Shown piece by piece: positions 9,090 through 15,469 of a DNA stretch of 15,469 nucleotides (its first letter is position 1; the number at the start of each line of letters is the position of its first letter). The translations under genes were made by a program, and so were the position numbers. The notes beneath the pieces are model-generated. The model was not told the origin of the DNA. It worked only from the letters and a program-made list of their open reading frames with translations, and did not search any database. Source of the stretch: Candidatus Muiribacteriota bacterium (GTDB lineage Bacteria > Muiribacteriota > Muiribacteriia > Muiribacteriales > Muiribacteriaceae); contig JBNJGP010000065.1 in assembly GCA_051747805.1 (NCBI GenBank), positions 1 through 15,469 of the forward strand, given 5' to 3'.

Positions 9090-9957
9090 TTATTTCCTCC
9101 ATCATTTTTTTAAAAATATTTTCTATTTGTTTTGAAGTTTCACTTTCTAAATTATATTCCGGTATAGTCTGCTTTAAAATTTGTGATTGAACAATCTCCT
9201 TATTAAAATTTATTTTTCCTAAAAGATAAATATTATTTTTCAATAAGAAATTTTCTATTTCTTCTGTTTTTTTATGATTAATATCAGCCTTATTAATTAT
9301 CACTCCTGTTTTAATATTAAAATGTCGAGTTAATTCTAAAATTCTTTTCATGTCATGAATTGCCGAAACTCCTGGTTCAGTAACACATACAGAAAAATCG
9401 GCCCCAGAAATTGATGCTATAACTGCACACCCTATCCCCGGTGTTCCATCACATAAAATATAATCCAGTTTTTCTTCTTGAGCGATTTTTTTTGCCTGTT
9501 TTTTAACCTCAACCACAAGTTTTCCTGAATTTTCTTCTCCTGGTATTAACTCAGCATGAATTAGGGGACCAAGTCTGGTATTAGAATTATAGTATTCTCC
9601 ACAAACATTTCTTTTAAAACTTATAGCCTCTCTAGGACAAAAATAAACACAGGCTCCACATCCTTCACAATCCAGTGAATTAACAACATACTTTCCTTCA
9701 TAGTTTGAAATTGCCTTAAAAGCACAAACTCGATAACATTCACCACAAAAATCACATTTTTTATCAATAATTGTTGCTTTCTTCCCGCCGAAAAAATCAA
9801 ATTTTTGTTTTATTTGAGGACTAAATATAATTTCAAGATCTGGTGCATCAACATCACAATCAGCCATTACTTTGTTATTTAAAAAATAAGAAAAAGCAGA
9901 AGTAATCGTTGTTTTTCCTGTTCCCCCTTTACCGCTGATTACAACAATTTCTTTCAT
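9082..9957 (-). CDS. MinD/CbiA-like P-loop ATPase with inserted 2x[4Fe-4S] ferredoxin domain
   Basis: SGKGGTGKTT, DCDVDAPDL, CDFCGECYRVC and CEGCGACVYFCP, SGKLV, DGTPGIGC. Confidence 0.9.
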   Translation of the reverse strand: MKEIVVISGKGGTGKTTITSAFSYFLNNKVMADCDVDAPDLEIIFSPQIKQKFDFFGGKKATIIDKKCDFCGECYRVCAFKAISNYEGKYVVNSLDCEGCGACVYFCPREAISFKRNVCGEYYNSNTRLGPLIHAELIPGEENSGKLVVEVKKQAKKIAQEEKLDYILCDGTPGIGCAVIASISGADFSVCVTEPGVSAIHDMKRILELTRHFNIKTGVIINKADINHKKTEEIENFLLKNNIYLLGKINFNKEIVQSQILKQTIPEYNLESETSKQIENIFKKMMEEINE

Positions 9958-10799
9958 AATCCCACCTCTCTTAATAAATTACCTGCAAGCACATGAAATC
10001 TTGAACTATACTCAAATAAAATCTTTCCTTCTGAATTTTGACGCGCAATATTATCTAAATATGGTATTTTGCCAATAATTTTTATGTCCTTTTTTACAAG
10101 AAGATTCTCAAGTTCTTTATTTCCGTAACCATCTTTATTTATAATCACCCCATATCTTTTATTAAGATTCTGAGCAAGGTCAATAGCCAGCATTAAATCC
10201 TTAATTCCATATGGAGTCGGCTCCGCAACAAAAACAACGTAATCACTTCCTTTAATGGCCTCAACAGCAGGACAGGTTGTTCCGGGCGGGGAATCGATTA
10301 GATAAACTGATTCATTCTTTTGAAATGCTTTTTCCTTTACTTTTGAAATCAAAGTTGAAGTTAGAATCTGACCAACATTCAATTTGCCAGAAACAATTTT
10401 AAGATTATCTTCTGTTTGAATAGAACTAACCTGTCCAATTGTTTTTTTTGATTCGATTAAAGCATTATCCTCACAAACTCTAATACATAATTTACATCCT
10501 TTGCATAAATCCTCAATAATAACCGGACATTTATTTATTGTAACTAAAGCTTTGTACTGACAAATATTCTCACATTTTCCGCATTGTGTACAATTATTTT
10601 TAATGAGTTCCGGTAATACGGAATAAACTTTTTCTATTTTTTCTTTTCTCTTTTTAAAAAAAAGGGCGATATTAGGCTCCTCAACGTCAGCATCAATCAT
10701 TAAAATATCTTTAACATATTTTTTCAATCCATAAAGCAGATTAACGCAAACTGTTGTTTTGCCTGTACCGCCCTTTCCACTTGCAATAGCTATTTTCAT
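9954..10799 (-). CDS. MinD/CbiA-like P-loop ATPase with inserted 2x[4Fe-4S] ferredoxin domain (paralog)
   Basis: SGKGGTGKTT, DADVEEPN, CTQCGKCENIC and CKGCKLCIRVC, DSPPGTTCP, EPTPYG. Confidence 0.9.
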   Translation of the reverse strand: MKIAIASGKGGTGKTTVCVNLLYGLKKYVKDILMIDADVEEPNIALFFKKRKEKIEKVYSVLPELIKNNCTQCGKCENICQYKALVTINKCPVIIEDLCKGCKLCIRVCEDNALIESKKTIGQVSSIQTEDNLKIVSGKLNVGQILTSTLISKVKEKAFQKNESVYLIDSPPGTTCPAVEAIKGSDYVVFVAEPTPYGIKDLMLAIDLAQNLNKRYGVIINKDGYGNKELENLLVKKDIKIIGKIPYLDNIARQNSEGKILFEYSSRFHVLAGNLLREVGL

Positions 10800-10808
10800 A
10801 ATACTTCC

Positions 10809-11171
10809 CTACATCCAGTGACCTGGTTTATCAGCGTTTTCAAGTTTTGACAATTTATGATTTTTATAATCCTCTATCGCTTCTTTAACTGTTCCATATC
10901 CTTTTGAAAAAATTTCTATATTAGACATAGCTAGTACTTTATAAGCATTTGGTCCAATATGACCTGAAATCAAAACATCAGCTTTTTTTTCAATTACAAG
11001 TTTCGATGTCTGCACCCCTGCGCCCTGGGGCAAATCATCAATTTGTGAATTCTCAATAAAATCATATTCGCCATTATCAGTATTATAAAAAATTAAACCT
11101 CTAGTTCTTCCAAACCTGCTATCAACAAGGGAATCTAAATTATTTCCGGTGGTTGGTACTGCAATTATCAT
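10809..11171 (-). CDS. NifB/NifX-family (dinitrogenase FeMo-cofactor-binding fold) protein, Orange-protein-like
   Basis: IAVPTTGNNLDSLVDSRFGR, GAGVQ, ISGHIGPNAYKVL, TVKEAI; 120 aa, no Cys. Confidence 0.88.
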   Translation of the reverse strand: MIIAVPTTGNNLDSLVDSRFGRTRGLIFYNTDNGEYDFIENSQIDDLPQGAGVQTSKLVIEKKADVLISGHIGPNAYKVLAMSNIEIFSKGYGTVKEAIEDYKNHKLSKLENADKPGHWM

Positions 11172-11509
11172 TTTTCCTCCAGCTTATTATTTTTTTCAAT
11201 TTTGGCTTCTAAACTATTTAGTTTCGATTCAAGTGTCGTAATCTTTTTTTTAAGATTTTCATTTTCCTGTAATATTTCAGGATTATTTTCAGAATTAGAA
11301 ATATTTTGTTTGACAAATCCTCTTCTGCCTCCTCTCAAGCCTCGGCCAAAGCCATTTCCTCTTGCTAAACCTAAACCTCTTCCATAAGCCGGCTTGTTTG
11401 TTATCGGGTCATTCTGGTTTTGTTCTCCGGAATCAACTCCGCATACGCCAAAACCACCGCCTGTCATACTACCTTGTCCTAGTGGACCAGTTCCATCAAA
11501 TCCTGGCAT
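11168..11509 (-). CDS. DUF5320-like Gly/Arg-rich protein with C-terminal coiled coil
   Basis: MPGFDGTGPLGQGSMTGGGFGVC signature, GRG repeats, heptad tail. The true start is the ATG at 11509, which has a strong SD (AAGGAGGTGA), not 11578. Confidence 0.82.
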   Translation of the reverse strand: MPGFDGTGPLGQGSMTGGGFGVCGVDSGEQNQNDPITNKPAYGRGLGLARGNGFGRGLRGGRRGFVKQNISNSENNPEILQENENLKKKITTLESKLNSLEAKIEKNNKLEEK

Positions 11510-11531
11510 AATACTCACCTCCTTTCGATTT

Positions 11532-11546
11532 TGATAATCATTATCA
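11532..11546. promoter_or_regulatory. Fur box (perfect 7-1-7 inverted repeat)
   Basis: TGATAAT-C-ATTATCA, identical to the classical 7-1-7 Fur consensus; lies between the -10 and the SD of the operon. Confidence 0.88.
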
Positions 11547-11549
11547 TTT

Positions 11550-11578
11550 AGTTTAATCCATTTTAAAAATTCTGTCAA
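11550..11578 (-). promoter_or_regulatory. sigma70-type promoter of the ORP-like operon
   Basis: TTGACA (11578-11573), 17 nt spacer, TAAACT (11555-11550). Confidence 0.78.
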
Positions 11579-11627
11579 GCTTATTTATTATTTTTTTATT
11601 TAATACAGGAATCCTGATATATTTTTT

Positions 11628-11657
11628 TTGACAATTTTTTGTTTTCATGTTTAAAAT
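11628..11657 (+). promoter_or_regulatory. sigma70-type promoter of the relic ABC operon
   Basis: TTGACA (11628-11633), 18 nt spacer, TAAAAT (11652-11657); SD AAGGA and ATG at 11685 follow. Confidence 0.6.
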
Positions 11658-11671
11658 TAGCTTAGACTAAT
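11656..11671. promoter_or_regulatory. DtxR/MntR/SirR-like operator
   Basis: ATTAGCTTAGACTAAT inverted repeat; the core TTAGCTTAGACTAA matches TTAGGTTAGCCTAA at 12/14 positions and overlaps the -10 and predicted start site. Confidence 0.55.
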
Positions 11672-11684
11672 AAAAGGATTATTT

Positions 11685-12333
11685 ATGCTCGAGTTAAAAA
11701 ATGTATTTAAAAAATATGATAAGTGTACCTGTCTGGGGTAATTATTATTTAATTTCATCTAATCCTGATATTACTTCAATTAAAGACCTTTCAAATAAAG
11801 AAATTTACATTCCCCAGAGAGGTGGTCCTATTGATATAATCTTTTCACAGCTTTCTAATAAATTAAACTTAAAGAATGTCAATGTAAATAATGCCAAATC
11901 TAATCAAATTGCCCAACTTATAATTAATAATATGGCAGATAGCTTCAATAAATTTTAAGCCAGTTATATTACCATCACCTTTTTTAACATTTAATACTTT
12001 ATTTAATATGTTGCTTTTAAAGGAAACAATGATTTAATTCAAATGTCAACAATATATAAAATTTCAAAATTCAGAAAATTAATACACATATACCTGCCTT
12101 CAGCAAAACCTTATATTAAATCAGGAGCAGTAATAACAATAGAAAGAGCATGGAAAATAGGGGCAATGGCAGAACTTTTAAGTCTGGAAAGCGGCATTGG
12201 TTCAGGCCTTTACTGGAGTAGAAATAATCTTCAAACAGATAAGATATTCGGCTGGACAATAATTCTTGTACTGCTTGGATTTTTAAGCTCTAAAATAATA
12301 AAGAAAATTCTTACCCGCCGCCAACAAAATTAA
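11685..12333 (+). pseudogene. Decayed NitT/TauT-family ABC transporter operon (ATPase, substrate-binding protein and permease fragments)
   Basis: 11685-11741 MLELKNVFKKYDK (ABC ATPase-like N-terminus); about 11716-11926 SVPVWGNYYLISSNPDITSIKDLSNKEIYIPQRGGPIDII (SBP-like); 11924-12037 LIIWQIAS...ILPSPFLTFNTL (permease N-terminus); about 12025-12333 DLIQMSTIYKIS...IYLPSAKPY...AWK...AELL...GIG...IFGWTIILV (permease C-terminus). The frame changes at every junction. Confidence 0.8.
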
Positions 12334-12508
12334 ATACTTTTACTATATCCCCCTCCTTCAGTTTTCTATTATAATTATTATATTCAACAATCTTTGCGTT
12401 TATCTGTACAACAAGGGGATTTCCATAAAATTCAGTTTTTTTCACAAGTTCATCAACAGTTGTATCCGGGTTTATATTGATTATTTTTCTGTTTAATTTA
12501 ATTTTCAT
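12311..12508 (-). CDS. thiS: Sulfur carrier protein ThiS (ubiquitin-like)
   Basis: 65 aa, MKIKLN...VVQINAKIV...LKEGDIVKVFNFVGGG with C-terminal GG. Confidence 0.85.
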   Translation of the reverse strand: MKIKLNRKIININPDTTVDELVKKTEFYGNPLVVQINAKIVEYNNYNRKLKEGDIVKVFNFVGGG

Positions 12509-13094
12509 TTTGAATATTTTTTTTAACCAAGTTTATATCATACCAGGTTTCTTTTCTTAAAGTATCGTATTTTTCGCCACCCTGATTTCTAATTAAATAA
12601 CTTGGATGATACATCGGTATAATTTTTATACCGTGCCAGTCGTATATTCTTCCGCGCATTTTACTTATACCAGACGCGTCGTCAATAAAAAATTTAGTTG
12701 CGGGATTGCCAAGAGTTATAATAATTTCCGGAGAAACAAGTTCTATCTGAAAAAACAAATAAGGTGAACAGCATTTAATTTCATCTTTATGGGGCTCTCT
12801 ATTGTCGGGTGGCCGGCATTTTACAATATTTGTAATATATACATCATTTTCTCTTTCAATTTTAACAGAGTTAAGCACCTTGGTAAGAAACTGACCAGCT
12901 TTGCCAACAAAAGGCATGCCCTGCTCGTCCTCCTGCGCTCCGGGACCTTCCCCAACAATCATAATCCTGGAATTAATATTGCCAGACCCGGGAACGGATT
13001 GTTTTCTATGAGAACATAATTTGCACACAGCACATGTTTTAACTGCCTCACAAAAATCTTTATAATCATTTTCTTTATTTTTTATGATTTCCAT
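12498..13094 (-). CDS. Uracil-DNA glycosylase family 4 ([4Fe-4S])
   Basis: CAVCKLC, VGEGPGAQED, PFVGKAG, NIVKCRPPDNREP, TLGN, YHPSYL. Confidence 0.93.
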   Translation of the reverse strand: MEIIKNKENDYKDFCEAVKTCAVCKLCSHRKQSVPGSGNINSRIMIVGEGPGAQEDEQGMPFVGKAGQFLTKVLNSVKIERENDVYITNIVKCRPPDNREPHKDEIKCCSPYLFFQIELVSPEIIITLGNPATKFFIDDASGISKMRGRIYDWHGIKIIPMYHPSYLIRNQGGEKYDTLRKETWYDINLVKKNIQNEN

Positions 13095-13100
13095 AAAAAA

Positions 13101-13129
13101 ATACTATCAGAATTTTTTTCTAAAGTAAA
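13101..13129 (-). promoter_or_regulatory. Extended -10 promoter for udg-thiS
   Basis: TTTACT, 17 nt spacer ending in TGA, TAGTAT (13106-13101), then TTTTTT and directly the ATG at 13094. Confidence 0.6.
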
Positions 13130-13136
13130 CTTAAAA

Positions 13137-13982
13137 TCAGAACTGTCCCCATACACTTGTCATGGTTGAAAATATTTTTATTACTATAAGTAAGACAATA
13201 CCAAGATAAAATGAAATACTTACAACAATAACTGCACCTTTAAGCTTTGTATCAAGTTCTTTTTTTACCCTTTTCAAGGCTTTATCTATAGTAGATTCCA
13301 ACTCACCAGACATTTCGCCAACCTGAATCATCTGCAATAAATCCTGCCTGATTCCCCTAAACCCCTGGGCGATTTCTTTATAATTTGAAGCTTTTGGATT
13401 TTTAAAAAAATTCTTAACTGTATCAAAATTTATACCAGTTGAAGCACAGCACTTAAGTAAGCTTAAATTATCTACTAGCTTTGTAAAATGACCAAAAAAC
13501 ATATTCAGCATAGATACTATTGCCCCAATTACAATCACATATATTACCGCAAAAAAAATAAAACGGAATATAAGTCCAAAAGTTAGCCCATTTATTATAA
13601 GATTCTGTATAGAGAATATCATTATAAAGGCAAATCCAAGAAATACCGGGTAAGCCATGGATTTTGCAAGTGTTATAAAATAATCAAGTTTTGTTTCATT
13701 TATTTCAATAATGGATTCAAAACCCTGTTGCAGCTTTCCCATCTTTTCATAAAATTTTATAATTTCAAACTCTTCTGCGCTTAAGTGTCCTGTTTTATTT
13801 AGCGACTGGGCAACTGGTTCGCCATTTTGAAGCATTCTGGTAAGCTCTGGATAACCTGAAATACTAACAACTTTATTGAAGGCACGACCAGCAGAAAATC
13901 CAATTTTAATATTATCTAAAAGATTTATTTTCTTTTTAAGATAAAAAATACCTGTAATTTTATTAATTAACTGTTGAAGCAA
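13137..13982 (-). CDS. Type II secretion system F / PilC-family inner-membrane platform protein (short)
   Basis: Two GspF-like repeats (EKMGKLQQGF...YP and IQVGEMSGELESTI) with TM segments; TTG start with SD AAGAGG. Confidence 0.78.
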   Translation of the reverse strand: MLQQLINKITGIFYLKKKINLLDNIKIGFSAGRAFNKVVSISGYPELTRMLQNGEPVAQSLNKTGHLSAEEFEIIKFYEKMGKLQQGFESIIEINETKLDYFITLAKSMAYPVFLGFAFIMIFSIQNLIINGLTFGLIFRFIFFAVIYVIVIGAIVSMLNMFFGHFTKLVDNLSLLKCCASTGINFDTVKNFFKNPKASNYKEIAQGFRGIRQDLLQMIQVGEMSGELESTIDKALKRVKKELDTKLKGAVIVVSISFYLGIVLLIVIKIFSTMTSVWGQF

Positions 13983-13997
13983 AACAAAACCTCTTTT

Positions 13998-15224
13998 TTA
14001 ATTAAAAATATTAGCTATTATATTTGAATATTGAATAACTTTTCTTCTATTTCTTGAAACTGTTCTAAATCCATTATTATAGAGATATGATTCAATTTCA
14101 TCCAGATGATATGCTCCCCAGGGTATTATAATATAATCATAATCCTCAATATATTCTTCCATTTCGTCTAAAATAAGCTCGTTTCGGCCATGAAGTATAT
14201 CATCATAAAATGAAGAAAGTGTTTCAGGGTCTTGTGCCATTGATTCAAATCTTCTTGAATTCTGATAAAACTCTCTTATTGTTGAACTGTTTTCAAGAAC
14301 ATCAAGAATCTGATTAATTAAATAAATACTTGTCTCTGAGAATTCAGAAACATCTTTATCCAGATTAATAATATCATATTTATCTGGATCAAGTCTGAAG
14401 TTTTCTGCCTGTGTATCAACCCCCAACGCCTTGGAAAAACCTTCATAATTCGGTTTTATCTCCAGGAGTTCTTCTTCATCTGTAACACCTTCCTGAAGCA
14501 GCAGAATTTCTTTATCATCAGGTAAATTCTGCAGCAAATCCTGATAAAATTCGGCCTGACCAATATGCACCATCCCGATTAAGGAAATTTTAGTATTATC
14601 TTTTTCATAATCTTTTTGAATGCTGTATAAATTTGAGTAATCTGACTTAATAAAGCCGTTGGTTAATTCATTTACAGTATATACCAGATTTGTTAAAATT
14701 AAAAATGGCACTAAAAAAAACAATAAAATGACATTTAATCCGCCGAATAATAAAAATTTTTTAAGAACAAAGAAATCCTCAGAAAGTTCATACTTTTTAT
14801 TATGATATAAATTCCAGGCCCATACACCTATAGCTGTTTGAATAATTGAAAAAATCAGTATTATAATTCCATAAGTTATAAAATTATTTGCGGCAAGATG
14901 ATGGTCAAAATTAGAAATTCTTCCAAACTGTGCATCAGGGTGCGTATAATAATTTATTGTAAAATAACCCGATATAAACGGTACTAATAACCCATATAAA
15001 GTTACAGGTATAAAAATTTTATGGGGTAGTAAATTAAATATACCGCAAAAAAAATATAGAAAAAAACTATTTGCAAAAACTAGAAAAGAAATATCCTGTC
15101 TTAAGGATGATATAAAACTCTGTCCATAAATTAATCCGTTTATATCATCAGTAACAGATAAAATCCCATCAATTATAAATAGTATTAAAAAAAGTTTCCC
15201 AAATTTCTGTAAAAATTCTTTCAT
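13998..15224 (-). CDS. Multi-TM membrane protein with C-terminal TraB/GumN/TIKI-like domain
   Basis: About 5 N-terminal hydrophobic segments, then LIGMVHIG, LLQEGV, RNE, PWGAYHL. Start at the ATG at 15224 (SD AAGGA). Confidence 0.6.
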   Translation of the reverse strand: MKEFLQKFGKLFLILFIIDGILSVTDDINGLIYGQSFISSLRQDISFLVFANSFFLYFFCGIFNLLPHKIFIPVTLYGLLVPFISGYFTINYYTHPDAQFGRISNFDHHLAANNFITYGIIILIFSIIQTAIGVWAWNLYHNKKYELSEDFFVLKKFLLFGGLNVILLFFLVPFLILTNLVYTVNELTNGFIKSDYSNLYSIQKDYEKDNTKISLIGMVHIGQAEFYQDLLQNLPDDKEILLLQEGVTDEEELLEIKPNYEGFSKALGVDTQAENFRLDPDKYDIINLDKDVSEFSETSIYLINQILDVLENSSTIREFYQNSRRFESMAQDPETLSSFYDDILHGRNELILDEMEEYIEDYDYIIIPWGAYHLDEIESYLYNNGFRTVSRNRRKVIQYSNIIANIFN

Positions 15225-15264
15225 ATAAAATCCTTTTATTATGCAGGGTATCAAGAATTAATTT

Positions 15265-15293
15265 ATACTATCAAATTGAGATACAATGGTCAA
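15265..15293 (-). promoter_or_regulatory. sigma70-type promoter with extended -10
   Basis: TTGACC (15293-15288), 17 nt spacer ending in TGA, TAGTAT (15270-15265). Confidence 0.68.
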
Positions 15294-15310
15294 TTTTATT
15301 TTTTATTACA

Positions 15311-15380
15311 AAATAAAACGAGTGATCAGGCCGACCTCTGTAAGCTTAAATTCAGGCTCGGCTCAGACCCCGTTCTGTTT
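15311..15380 (-). other. GC-rich imperfect hairpin (terminator, REP-like element or small RNA)
   Basis: On the minus strand AAACAGAACGGG pairs with CUCGUUUUAUUU and GCCGA pairs with UCGGC; U-rich 3' end. Confidence 0.45.
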
Positions 15381-15443
15381 CTAAACATTATTGATAATTT
15401 TTGAAGTAATATAATTTTAAGCCGATAGAATCAGATAGAAGCC

Positions 15444-15469
15444 GTGAGAGGTGAGAAGTGAGAGGTGAG
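15444..15469 (+). repeat. Heptamer tandem repeat (GTGAGAR)n, cut by window edge
   Basis: GTGAGAG GTGAGAA GTGAGAG GTGAG. Confidence 0.75.

Noticed and set aside
7962..11171. Nitrogen fixation or cell-division (MinD) locus
   Set aside because: No nifHDK or minCE in the window; NifX-like and ferredoxin-inserted ATPase genes of this kind are common in non-diazotrophic anaerobes.
11510..11578. N-terminal extension of the DUF5320-like ORF in the track
   Set aside because: Its 'start' is the TTG of the -35 box, and the stretch holds the promoter, Fur box and SD.
11685..12333. Programmed frameshifting producing a functional mini-transporter
   Set aside because: The Walker motifs, most of the SBP and the central permease helices are missing, so frameshifting cannot restore function.
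11202..13019. Plus-strand ORFs 11202-11387 and 12789-13019
   Set aside because: Antisense to the DUF5320-like gene and udg.
15421..15469. CRISPR array
   Set aside because: The units are 7-10 nt and contiguous, with no spacers and no cas genes in the window.

Overview
AT-rich bacterial window, probably from an anaerobe (inferred from the Fe-S/ORP-type gene content). Left part, minus strand: prmA - prepilin-like gene - TPR protein - pyrC, then a separately promoted HAMP/class III adenylate cyclase that runs off the left edge and is missing from the ORF track. A divergent CPA2 cation:proton antiporter follows. The centre (7474-11578, minus) is a tightly coupled six-gene operon resembling the Desulfovibrio Orange-protein (ORP) complex: DUF5320-like, NifB/NifX-family ORP, two MinD-like 2x[4Fe-4S] ATPases, an Mrp/NBP35-NifX fusion and a Fur-family regulator. 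Its sigma70-type promoter is overlapped by a perfect 7-1-7 Fur box. Divergent from it is a NitT/TauT-type ABC transporter operon collapsed into four out-of-frame fragments, still carrying a promoter and a DtxR/MntR-like box. Right part, minus strand: TraB/TIKI-like membrane protein, PilC/GspF-like protein, family-4 UDG and thiS. The window ends with a GC-rich hairpin and a heptamer tandem repeat. Two genes look leaderless. All calls come from motif reading by eye; no database searches were run.
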